From: Azolla caroliniana
Lineage: Eukaryota > Plantae > Polypodiophyta
DNA length: 64,000 nucleotides
Assembly: GCA_043228905.1 (NCBI GenBank)
Contig: JBHGNT010000007.1
Location: 1,426,001-1,490,000 of the forward strand
Direction: 5' to 3'
The notes beneath the pieces are model-generated. The model worked only from the letters and a program-made list of their open reading frames with translations. It had not been told where the DNA came from and ran no database searches. Below are positions 35,269 through 47,711 of the stretch, piece after piece. The position numbers were made by a program, and so were the translations under genes. Positions within the stretch are counted from its first letter, which is position 1, and each line of letters begins with the position of its first letter.

Positions 35269-37904
35269 CTCTTGTTTGGGATTGTGGTTAACTTGAGGTT
35301 GCCACCTTTGTAATCTCTACTCCCTTTGTAACTTGTAAACCTTATTTTCTAAAGGGCCATCTTGATGTAATCTTGCATCTACCTCCCTCTTAATACAAAG
35401 TCATTTTGTCATAAACTTGTACTCATTGCATTACTTATGTGATTAATCTCTCTTTACGAATACCCGTGATTTCATGTTCCGCAAGCGTTTGCTCCTCTTC
35501 GTGTACCTCTAAATCTTTGACGTACACCTTCCTTTGACTAGGAACTTCTTTCAACTAAGGGGTTTATTCGACTAAGGGTTTCTTCAACAAGGGGGTTTTG
35601 TCGACAAGGGTTTCTTCAACTGAGAGGTTTCTTTGACTAAGTGCTTTCTTTGACTACACACAGCCTTCGACAAGCTAGAGTCATCGACTTACACCTCCTT
35701 TTGACACTTGAGTCTTTTTCGACTCTATCTTTTTGTGTCCTGCTAACCTTACCGTCCTCCCTAGTTCAAGACCTTTGTGGTCCAGCTCAAGTAGCACACG
35801 CACACGCGTTTTACGTGACAAAGGGTGACGGGTTGGGGCGGCCATCTTCGAAATCCTAAAAACACGGGCGGGCCGAACCATCTCAAAAATCCTAAAAAAC
35901 ACGGGTAGGCAGGTTAGGGTTTAGGGTTAAATTAACCAACCATTCTTGGGGCTAGACCATAAAATAAAGTTGAAGTAAAAAATGAACATTTTCGTTATAG
36001 CTTAAAAAAGGCATCTCCCAAAAGGGGCTTCCGCTAGGTAATTAATGTTAGAAGAAACTATAATTTGCTAGTGTTTAGACAAACAACACAATATGTAATT
36101 CGAAGTTGTTCGCCACTTGGAAGAGAATGAATGCAACTTTTACGTTCACTAGAATCCCATTAATATGCCAGATTGAGCCCATGATATGACACACTCGTAA
36201 AGTCGAACATGCAACTTTCAAAAGTTTTGATTGGCCATTAAATTAAGAAAAAACAACAAATTTGTAACATTATGTTAGAACTTCTCATTTTACCAAAGAA
36301 ACAACATAGCATATGCATAAGTTTCTACTGTTCTAGGGATAACAATACAACTTATTAGCCTTGCAATTTCTTTAATTCATCAAATCAAATTGAAGGTTGA
36401 TTCGAAGAGTCCGTCGACATCAATAAAAGTTTGATCAATACCAATGAAAATATTAATTTATGTGTGCATACCATATCCGTTCTTCAAGAAGAGTTCCAAT
36501 GAAAAGATAGCTTTATAAGTGTATCATATATGACCTTTAAAGAAGATGGCTTTCACAATTTTACAATTCTCCAAAACATAAATCTGACATTCGTGCAATC
36601 TTAACATCATGAATAATGAGAATAAAACTTTTGAAAATGTTGAACACAAACTCTTCAAGGAAGAGTTGGATCCGTGTTTGAATTTGATAAAGATGTCGGA
36701 TTTCACATGCCTATCGGTAGGCCCTTTACTATGAGTCAAAACATGTCCATTTAAAAGTTTGGCCTATTTGTTAGCTCCATCGAATTTGAAAAATGCATCA
36801 TGCTACTATTACATGTGTAGAACATGACAATAAAAAGTTTGACATGCTAACGGACAATTTGTATGTCCATTAAGTGTGTCTCTTGTGAGAAACAAGAGGG
36901 ACATTTTTGCCATATATTTTTGTTGTAATGTAAATATTCTTTATGGCTTTTCACCTCTATTTATGGTTTCCCACGAGTAAGCATTTTGCATTGCTAATAA
37001 TGAATCTATGCATTTTTGTGAGCTTTTGTGAGTGAGTGAGTGAGTGTGTAATAGATTGATTAATTGAGCGACATTCAATTTGTCTATCGTTCATTGCTTG
37101 GCCAAGGAGGCACACAGAGAACTTCATGGTCTACTAGATTCTTAGGCAAGTTTGAAAACTTGAATATGTTGGAGAAATGAATTTGTAAAATCCAAACACG
37201 GCTCATTACTAATTAGTGCTAAATTTCCTCAAAGACCAAATATGAATGAAATTTAGACCAAACACAAAAGTTAGGCGCATCGCTTGGACAATCTTTTTTC
37301 CAAAAGAATATCCTTCCATTACTTAACAAAAGCCAAATTGGCTACAACATACAAAGTAGATGGAAAGGAAAGGAAAAGTCTTCCAGAACCATCACACGAA
37401 TGTCAATTACCAACCATACATCCTTCCTTAAGTGAGTTAAAGCGATGACTCTATATACATCCAAAGTAGCGGGAAACAACCAAGGGCGAAACAATTGCCA
37501 AATTATCCTACAATCTACTGTTTGAAAAAACTAGAATATGACTCTAAGATTCAAAAAAGCTATTCGTAATAATATCCTAGAATCTGTATGTACATGAATA
37601 TTATCATATTCAACTTTTGAAGAATTCAACAGTTATAACAAAGCGGAAGCGATGGTTTCTTCACATGGCATTAATTGATTGTGAAACATTCGAAACACCT
37701 AGCTTCTGCAAAGACCATACAATGATAGGAGCCAATCTATCCCACAACTTCTTTAATTGCAAAACAACATTAGAGCTTGTGAGAATGTTAACATCCTTTT
37801 TGTTAATTCCAAAAGCATGAATGAAGTCCATTCATAAGACGAAACTGAATTATGAAATGAACGTCCATCAATCTCACAATCACAAAAATTCTCAAACGCC
37901 TAAA

Positions 37905-38112
37905 TTATTTTTTCCCTGAAAAATATCCTTTCATTAGTTGTGAACAATTATTACAATAAAAACTGACCTACCATCAAGCTACCATTGATCTGGTGCATTC
38001 TTCCTTAGGTCCCATCCCTCAAGGATAAATAGTATGAACACTCCACCACTCCTTAACCAAGCTATGTGATTGGTGGTGGGAACAACCATACTGGTGGTGC
38101 TAAGCACCATTT
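37905..38112 (-). mobile_element. ~200-bp 3' end of an L1-like LINE
   Basis: Reverse complement aligns to 41266-41470 (KWCLAPPVWLFPPPIT* plus the 3'UTR ending ACTAATGAAAGGATATTTT). Confidence 0.88.
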
Positions 38113-40802
38113 ATCCTTCATAAGTTTAGATAGATCCACACATGAGAGAAAGTATGGATTTTAGGGTTGCCAAGTGACAGTAAGTCAAGTTGAGTTGCAA
38201 CTCTTTTTAGTATAGTAGAAAATCAAAGTTGTGGGGATATATCCATTGACAATGTAAACCTAAACAACATAGGCCTTGATGAAGTATTTCATTATTTCTA
38301 AATGGAAATCAAAGGATCTTATCAAATTCAATCATGCTCATGTTGTAGATGAGATATTGGTATCTTTTTTATGTCTCTACTGGTGAGATTCGAGAAATGC
38401 ATGTGATCAAATATCGATCAAATAGAGATAAATACACAAGCACCATCCCTAAGAGAATGACAAGAGATGAATACAAAACCCAATTGGTGTCCCATACCAT
38501 TGAATATAGTCCTTGTATTACACCTTTGAATTAAGATATATACAATAAAAAGAACGAGAGCAAGCTCCCATATTGCAACATGTACTAACATGTTGTAGGT
38601 CATGATGGGTTTAACCGCTTTCCCATCTATCCTATCCTTCAACTATTGAAATTAGCCTTTAGAGTGGGTCCCAAAGGTTTGTGCTTGTTACAATACATAA
38701 CCATAAAGAACAATTGTTTATTATGCCTTTGTTCTCTTTCGCAAAGATAGTATCAAAGTGTTCTTGTTTTGATCTGTTTTTGATAAGTTAAAGTGGGAGT
38801 GTTACTTGCTTCTCGTTTTTTTATATTCACATTCTTTAAAATATCTATCCTTTGATATGGTGAACAACATTTAATGAAAATAGTTGTATCATTCACATTT
38901 CATAGTAGGCTATGTTCAATATCTGATGTATATGACCTATAGTTGGTGTTGTTTTTATAATAGCACTAATAATTCATATTGCAATCAGGAATAGGATAGT
39001 GCACTTTGCACAACCCATAGAAAAAGGCTTCTTCTCATGCACGAACGTGTTACAAGCCATTAACTGCGCAACGTCTCGCTCTCTATTCTGACATGTACAA
39101 TACATGCATATCTACCAACCAATCGCAAAACATAAATAGATTGGAAGTCACATGTTCATAGTGATCAATAGACACTAAACAATCAAGAATCAAGATCCAT
39201 GCGTAATATATTTTAATAATATTTAGTTTAAAAACATTGTCCCACACATGCTTTGTAAATTCAACAAATTTCAATGAAAATTAGATTTTATTCACGCATA
39301 TTGAGGATTTTTAAGAGCATAAACCAATCAAATACATCGATGAAATTTGCAAGCTTCGTATACATTATTTTCTTCGGTATTCCAAGTTTTTAGACAAATT
39401 CCTCACTTTCGAGGAAAACCACATTCTCAACGTTGGGATCAAATGTAGAAAAGGATGAGAACGTTATTTCTCTTGTTGCATGGCATGAACGAGTCTTTTG
39501 TGTTGCGGGAGTTTTATCAGGCAAACACGCTTTTCTCCTCTTCATCCATCGTCTTGTGAAAGGGACCTTGGAATTACAAATCTTTCTTCTTTATCCTTCA
39601 TGATGCCATGAAAATCTTTAAGGGGAATTTGCTCCAATATACTCTCAAACATCACAATATCATTAAATCGAATGAAATCCCAATGAATCCACTAGCTAGG
39701 GACCAATTTTCGGAAAAAGGTGACCTTCACTAATGGCACGAGTCAAATGTAGGAGCTTCATGGTTAAAAATTCCAACATAATTTAAAAAATGTTTTGCTA
39801 AAATGTAATAGATTCATGGTATTATATATATCATGAATGACAAGGAAACTAGACCTATTAATAAAGAAAAATTCCCTGAAAATTGGATGTATGTGCAACA
39901 ATGAATATGAAACCTTTGGCATCATTCTTTCATAATGCTATTATATCTTTAGTGGTTGTACGTGCAACCAAAATATTCCCAAACATCCCATTATCTTCGA
40001 CTGAATAATGAATGTTAATAAACCCATTCTATAGGAGATGTTCGGATGTCGGAGACTCTGATGATAAGTAGGACGTTTTAATGTAAAACAATGTCAGTGG
40101 AGGGCCAAACTTTGTCATATGTCTACCTACTTTGTGAATTGTTTCTTGGGATGTATATGTAGAAAGGGTCTAGTGAAGATGTTGAAGCTTTTGCATATGT
40201 GCCCAAAAGTTCTCGATTTCCCCCCATAAATAGTAATGTGTATGAGATAGAGGTTGATTCTATTCATGTTAAATATCATCAACAATAAAGATAAAGATCG
40301 ACTTTATATTGTCATTCTTGGAGGTGAAAAAAAATGACCTAGGGGACCATACTGAACCATATTCACATTGATAAGTGACTCTAGATTTTCAAGAAATTTG
40401 CTAATAAGCCTTGCAAATTGAGCGCGAACATCATCACCAAAAGAGAAATGTATGCATAGATAGGTCTATGTTGAACATGTGAAGAACACAAGCTTGGAAT
40501 GTGCTTAGTGGTAGAGCATTTGTAGCAAGAATGTTTTAGCCCACAAACATGTTGGGTGCAAAATAGTTGATGAGCAAACACTCATTCTTGCATTAAAAAG
40601 AATGTGAGCTCGATCATATGAAAGCTCTAGCATGTATTGGGATAGTGCGATTTTACATGCTTGAAGAAGACAATGGTAATACAATGTGTGAAGCATGATT
40701 CCTTTATTTAGATCTCTCCCAATCTAGTCTAAAGCCCTACAATGAATGAGGAGAACATGTCTACATGAAGTTGTTTTCTCGATTCAAAAGAAAACAACCA
40801 TA

Positions 40803-41478
40803 TGTCATGCCACACATCAAGTTTGGAGACGAGTGTTTCGAATTCTAGCCTTTATGTTTAGGGATGGCAGTTTTTCGTGGGGTATGCCACAATGGCACAA
40901 ATGATGTGGCCATATGAGGCATGTCCAAATGACACGATTATTAGAATTCAAAGAGGGAGGATAACGGTGGTGCAACGAAGTCATATGGAAGCTCCTTATA
41001 TGTTAAAGACAATGCAAGAAGTATGGGAGTTGCTATGCACCACCACAATGTGGTTTATTTGGGTTGTTAGGTGTTCTAAGGTGTTTGGTAATACTACTGT
41101 TCATCCAATGGAAAGTGTACAGAATGTCTGGATGCAAATGGTGCATGCCTTGAAAGGGCGGTATGAGGAAATTAAAGGTGACACACATGTTGCAGTGTTG
41201 CAACGCCTTGAATTTATTGCATATTGGAAGAATGCCCCTTTTCTCACATTACAAAATGCAAGACCTAAATGGTGGTTAGCACCACCGGTATGGTTGTTCC
41301 CAACACCAATCAAATAACTTGGTTATGGAGTGATGGAGTGTTGATACTATTTATCCTTGAGGGAGGGGACCTAAGGAAGAATGCAACATACCAATGGTAG
41401 CTTGACGGTAGGTCAACTTTCTTCTAATAATTGTTTATAACTAATGAAAGGATATTTTCTAGGAAAAAGAAGAAGAAG
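40803..41478 (+). mobile_element. 5'-truncated L1-like LINE with 15-bp TSD
   Basis: ORF 40877-41317 (W.IW..RC..VF...WWLAPPVWLFPTP), A/GAA-rich tail, TSD AAGAAAACAACCATA at 40788-40802 and 41479-41493. Confidence 0.9.
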
Positions 41479-41689
41479 AAGAAAACAACCATAAAAGAAA
41501 ATACATGTTCCGATCATATTCCTAAAACTCATTCTGAGTGGGCTTAAAGAGCACAACCAACACATATGCATTAGATCAAGGAAGGGGCTTACAGAGAAGA
41601 AGGGTCCACCATGTAATGATGGTTCATGGGACAGAAGGACGAGTGACTGCTTGAAGTTTGGGTTCTCGACTCAAAGGAAGAAGTTAGGA

Positions 41690-42105
41690 CAGAATAAATA
41701 TTTTATCGTTTTGATGAGGCCAAATTTGACCATGAGACTAAATCAACATATCATCTTCTATGTCACTCCTTCCTAAGAAGGGGGGTTACTACTCTGAAGT
41801 AAAAACACTCGATGTGAAAATAATGCATGCATATATGTGCTCACCCTTCTTGGTTGAAATTTGAGTATGATACTTGCATTATCATGCTCGTCTAACAAGT
41901 CATCATATTTCTCATGAATTACCTTATACATTGAGCATGAGATAAGTAAGTGACATTCATCATCCACCAGGTTTTCATTACATAGCTTGCATATCTTCAT
42001 GTTTGGGTGATGATTGCCTCAACCACCTAACTTGTGTGACCGAGTTAAAAGAAGTGTTAAGGCTCTTTGAGAGCCAAAACTCATGGGGGTAGGGAGATGC
42101 AATCA
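41690..42105 (-). mobile_element. RTEX-like LINE 3' fragment, same family as 33815-35268
   Basis: ICKLCNENLVDDECHLLISC...YMHALFSHR...NPPS* and 3'UTR CCCTTCTTAGGAAGGAG shared with 34850-35250. Confidence 0.88.
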
Positions 42106-42501
42106 CGATAGAGAGAATGTGTTATGGATTGTTATCCACTAGGGTTTTTCACCCATTGCCGAATAAGTGACTATGTAGACAATGGATTACAGAGCAATGA
42201 ACATAGAACACGGAACAAAGATGATGACAAACTGTTTCAATAATGCAGAGATCAAAGAAACACGATCTCAGTTATCATTACAATGGATCTTTCTATCTTG
42301 CCTAGAGACACTTGTAAAACAACTGCTAGGTGAACAATCACACCCATTCGAAAGGCGGTTATGAAAATACTCTAATAGCATACGAAAATACAATAAATAC
42401 TAATAAGGTTCTACTCTAGCCCTTAACATGGACGCGGTCTTCGAAACTTTCTTTCATGAGTGGAGCGATTTGCCGCATGTGTTTTGAAGGCCTCATCGAG
42501 A

Positions 42502-42507
<6 letters not shown>

Positions 42508-42542
<35 letters not shown>

Positions 42543-42782
42543 CATGAGCTAGATTCTTGAGAACTATACATACATACATACACACATACACACATACACA
42601 CATACATATACACATACATACACACATACACATACATACATACACATACATACACATACATACACATACATACATACACACATACACATACATACATACA
42701 CATCCATCCATACATACATACATACATACATACATACATACATACATACATACAGACAGACATACATACATACATATACAGC
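42508..42782. repeat. (AG)n followed by a long compound (TACA/CA)n microsatellite
   Basis: Directly visible; source of several spurious ORFs. Confidence 0.95.
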
Positions 42783-42817
42783 ATTTATACACTAAATACA
42801 TAAGTATACTTGGGCCC

Positions 42818-43871
42818 ACAAGATAAGAATCATCGGATATGCTGACCGGAAATGGTACATTGACCCAATGATTGGGGAAATAAAGGCACATTGGAAGTTG
42901 TGGGTGTTGGCTAAAATACCGGTTTTCAGATTAGAATGGGACCCAATGGATTATCAGTGGACAGACCCTTTTACGGGTAACAAATTTAATTTTTTCCAAT
43001 ATTCTGTACAGTTAGGAAGACATGTGCTTTCAGATATACGAGATGTGACACCGGCTGCTTTTCAATTTTGGAATCAACAAGGTATTACTCCCCAATTCCT
43101 GGCAAATATTTGGGTAGTGTTATGGGCTAGAAAACAGCCACACCAAATATTGCATGTACAGTGGTTGCTTGTACATCGAGCCTTGCCAGTTGGCACATGG
43201 CTGCATAGGATGGGAGTAGAGTCTACTTGTGCACGATGTCGTTTACAAATGGAAACTCAAAAACATTGCTTATGGGAATGTATTGAGTCTCAATTGATAT
43301 GGCAACGTCTCCTTAGAATTTTTGCTAATTATTTCTCCCCGTTGGTTTTCACTTGGGGTATGGTGGTTTGGACATCTCTTGTCCGTGATGTATTTCATTA
43401 TGATAACGAATCAATGGACCATGGATTTTGCACTAATTTTGGAAGAGTACATAAAGTACCATTGTTGTCACTACAGTTTACAGGAATACGAAAGGAAGTC
43501 CAACCAGTATGGGAGATATTGAGTAGTACCACTATATATCATATTTGGAAGACTAGGTGCTCTCTTATTTTCCAACAACTGAAAACACCACCGGCCGAAT
43601 TGGTCTCAAATATTTGGTTAGACATAGTGCATACTTTGAAGGGACAATGGGATGGTATTATTGGTGACTCTGATGCTAAGATTGCTCAACGGCATGAGTT
43701 TATCACTATATGGAAACCTTCTCCATTCATGACAGCCAACTGTGGTACTCCTTATTGGCATTATCAACCTCCGAAATGGTTGTTTCCCCCCCCAATTACA
43801 TAGAACTTTGAATCTTGTAAAATGACTATACTAATGACAGGATATCTTCTTCTTCTTCTTTTTTTTTTAAA
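42818..43871 (+). mobile_element. 5'-truncated L1-like LINE (zf-RVT region, open 311-aa ORF) with 16-bp TSD
   Basis: ORF 42868-43803 contains WLLVHRALPVG..L..MG...CARC...ET.KHCLWEC (zf-RVT) and ends WLFPPPIT. TSD AAGTATACTTGGGCCC at 42802-42817 and 43872-43887. Confidence 0.93.
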
Positions 43872-43902
43872 AAGTATACTTGGGCCCCCTTCCCTTTGTC
43901 TT

Positions 43903-43940
43903 TGTGGAGGTCATGGGTTCGATTCCTACCACTCCCACAC
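43903..43940 (+). other. tRNA T-arm/B-box-like SINE remnant
   Basis: GGAGGTCATGGGTTCGATTCCTACCACTCCCA; no recognisable 5' half. Confidence 0.4.
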
Positions 43941-44353
43941 AATAAAGATTCCCTTTACTAATACATAACATACATACCATGAATTCAGTACTTCCTCTCC
44001 TCCTCCTCTTTTTTGCTTTCTGTGTTTCTTGACAGACAGACAGACAGAGAGAGAGCATCGCTTTGGGAGCATTTCTCTTTTTGCCTGCGGAGTACCCAAG
44101 AATCAAAACAAAAGCTTCGCCCCATCCATCCCATAATTTGATTGTTTTCATTCAATCCCAAAATATGAGATCTTCTCCTCATGAATTCCCCCCAATGTCC
44201 TATTCCTTCCTAAAACCAGAGAGACAATTATCAGTGTTTTCATGCTAATACTCGCAGAGAAATGTTGCGGAGACATGGTTGCTGGCCTCCCCATCGCCAT
44301 CGCCATCACCATTATCTTGTTCTCTTGAACCTTCAAATTCTTATCGCTACGGC

Positions 44354-47300
44354 ATGATGGTACCGTCTCTCATACCATGGCTCCTACTTCTCATTGCAGA
44401 AGCTTTCTCAGGTATGAATTCTTCAATTCCCATCATTTCTCACAAACATTTGCTTCGCTTCACATTATCATCAACAGAATCATCATGTTGTAACTAAGTG
44501 TTGTAACTAAATGGATTTTACATACCCCGATGTGCTCTTACACATGGAATAACTACACAGTCGCTATAAAACAAGTCTAAATCGAGTATTTCAGCCAGTC
44601 TACTACACCCTATTATCTCCATTCCAACTGCCTGTTCGGCCTTGACCAAAACAGTTCGTTTTCCCTTTCAATGGCACCTATTTCCTAGTGGTAAGGCGTA
44701 GTTTCATTGAACCAGTGGCCACCGCAGTTTAAATTTCACTAAACTTTTACATCATCTCATCAAGTAACAGTCACCGTCGTCGCTTTAAATTTTATATGAT
44801 AAGACCTTTAACTATATGATCAGGGAATTAATTAACCCCTAGGGTAGGTCCATTAGGTACTCGACGACATTTTAGTCTGCCACAATTGATATTCATGGCT
44901 ATTGCATGGACAAAGTTATATAACGGTGTTAAGTTAAGGTAGGATAGGCCCATTACCTATTAGTCAGACACAATTTGGATGGCTTTAGAAAGGGTTACTT
45001 GCCTATTTTCTCTATTCTACTTTCACTTTGTCTAATACATGGGTATTCTAACATATGAACGGTGTAACTAGGTTTGGGTACTGTCAAAGACTACCTATCT
45101 CTCGTCTTAAATTCTACACACAATCTCACTCACTCACTCTCTCTCTCTAATATATGAATCCCTTCCGTGTGAGTGATTTGTAGACAAATGGCCTGAAAAT
45201 TTTATATATACATCAAAACATTTGCATTTGAAAACAACACAAATTTGTCCCTGACATTGGAGATGTCAAATAGACTTTTAGATGCATGAATTTGATCTCG
45301 GCCTCCTCATCAAACTGGAAGCCATTTGAGTAATCTATCTCTTTTTCAAACCTTTGTTTCATTTTGGCAACCAAATGATCCTGCTACCAATTGATACCTT
45401 TGTGACACCGTCAGCAATGTTGAAGCTCTTATTGTCCTCTATTATTTGTCCAAATTTGGCCTCAATCTGAAAATAATGACACAGTTAGAATATAAATACT
45501 AACAGGGTTGTGTAGTGTGGCCTGCTTGTGTTGAACCAATTCAAAATGATGTAGTTGTATTTCTTAAAGTAGTAGTATTTTCTGCCTCAACAATATATGC
45601 TGATTTCAACCATAGATTGTTGTTACGGGCATAGCCTCAGGGACTAATTTTAAAGGCTAATCTTAATGGATTTAAGAGTCGCATGTGCGTGGAAAGGACT
45701 GGGCACATGGTAACTCATGGTGACTTGGGAGCCTAGGTAGCTATATACAAAAGACTGACTATTCCCTTCAAGCATCTCAAAAACGCTATAAAGACTTTGT
45801 TGGTGTGGCAAAGCTTTTGTATTTTGAATTGACAATCTACGCGACTTCTGATGTATAATACAAGGCTATATTTGTGGCCATGGGGCATTGGTATGGTTTC
45901 ATATTTATCCTATGTCTGTGCCCAGTGATGATTAGTGAGGATGACCATCCTTAATCCATTCCCTCTCTTTAAACGTTATAACTGATTGCTTATCATTAGT
46001 CTGTGATCATAGTAATTGCTCTCCCACATGAAACTGTAATTTGATTACTCTCCCCCCTCACTAAATCTTTTATCTCCCCCCAACCCAACCCCCTTCTGTC
46101 TATTCGGGAATATTCACAATGCCCATTTTGTTAGGGATTTCATGCCATGAACCGAAAGCATCATGATAGCGGATTGCAAATTGGATGGCAATGTGTTGCA
46201 TGACATCAGTGTATTCTACATCTTGATCATTTGTTATGTGCCTATTCATCCCATTTTACCAGCTCGACACCATTAGCTGTAGTATGGATGCATCCACACT
46301 AATTGACCAATTGATGGGGCTCAATTTGAGGGATATATGGCTGGATGGAGAGCAAGATCCACAGGAAAGTTGTGGGAAGCAACCCACTTTCCCTCGTGTT
46401 TTGTAACAATGCTCAGCATTATGAGATCCTATGGGTAAGACTTTAGATGCTTGTTAGGAGCACTTCTTTCTGTAGGGAGGAACCCCTAAACCCAACACTA
46501 GCTAGATATATGGAGCCCCACATGAATGTGATATTTAAATTAACAGCCATGCCTGTTTTTAAGGTCAAAGAATGTCATAATCAATGCGTATATGGAAAAC
46601 TTTAATATATCTCTAACTCATATTGATCACTTGTATAGGCTGTGGTTTTTGTGCCCACTTTGGCATCAACTATGGTAAAGTAGCAAATGACCTCCTAGCA
46701 CCTGCAGAAGTTGTATCATTGATTCAATCGATCCCAATGAATCGAGCAAAACTCTACGATACAGATCCATTGGTGCTCAAGACTTTCCGGAATACCGACA
46801 TCTCTTTCCAAGTTGGTGTGCCAAATGAGATCCTTGCAAACCTCACAAGCCTTGAAACCACGAAATCATGGGTTGAAGAGCACATCTTGGCTTATCATCC
46901 AATCACCAACATTATTGGTATTGTAGTGGGAAATGAAATATATGGTGGTGCTGATACAGCATTGACTCCTTACGTGCTCCCCGCGATGAAGAATATTTAC
47001 TCGGTTTTGGGTACTCATGGTTTGCACAAGAAGATCATGGTATCGACCACTCATTCATTTGCTGTGCTCTCTGCTTCATATCCACCATCAACTGGAGCCT
47101 TCAATCCAGCCATTACTGAAACTTACATAAGACCCATCCTGGAATTCCTTTCGGAAATTGGATCCCCTTTCATGATTAATGCATATCCGTTTTTTGCTTA
47201 CAAGGAAAATTCGAACACGGTCTCGTTGCAGTATGTGCTTTTTGAGAGTAACCCAGGTGTGGTTGATGACAACACCGGGATCCGATACTATAACATGTTC

Positions 47301-47711
47301 GATGCAATGTTGGATGCTGTACATTCCGCAATCGCGGCTCTTGGGTATCGAAACTTATCTATTTTAGTGGCAGAAACTGGGTGGCCATCTGGTGGTGATA
47401 GTAATGAGATTGGAGCAAATCCCGAGAATGCTCAAATCTACCACAACAACTTGTTTAAGCACTTGTTATCGAACCCGGGGACACCCCTACGACCCAATAC
47501 AACAATAGATGTGTATCTTTTTGCACTCTTTAATGAAAATCTGAAAACAGGTGCAAAGTCAGAAAACCATTTTGGGTTATTTAAGCCAGATGGATCAAAG
47601 GTTTATAGCTTTAATTTCTCAACATCATCGTCGGCTTCGATCTACTGGTACCCGGAAGCATCATGGTGGATAATGAAGGCATTATGCATGATCTTGGCAT
47701 GTTTCCTCTAA
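44354..47711 (+). CDS. Glucan endo-1,3-beta-glucosidase (GH17), signal peptide, no X8 domain, likely GPI-anchored; 376 aa
   Basis: Exon 1 44354-44411 (MMVPSLIPWLLLLIAEAFS), phase-1 intron, exon 2 46639-47711. GINYG, VGNE, NAYPFFAY, AETGWPS, YLFALFNENLK, SENHFGLF, STSSSAS spacer and hydrophobic tail. Confidence 0.93.

Larger units (their letters stand above)
31449..35820 (+). mobile_element. Possible LTR (about 1.2 kb once the two LINEs are removed) hosting both LINE insertions
   Basis: Starts TATGACGGCCCG, has CCCTATAAAA followed by a pyrimidine-rich tract at ~33446, and ends CGTGACA at 35820. No TSD or partner LTR found; boundaries are inferred. Confidence 0.3.

Noticed and set aside
35911-35930. 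Interstitial telomeric repeat
   Set aside because: Only about two TTTAGGG-like units; too short to support.
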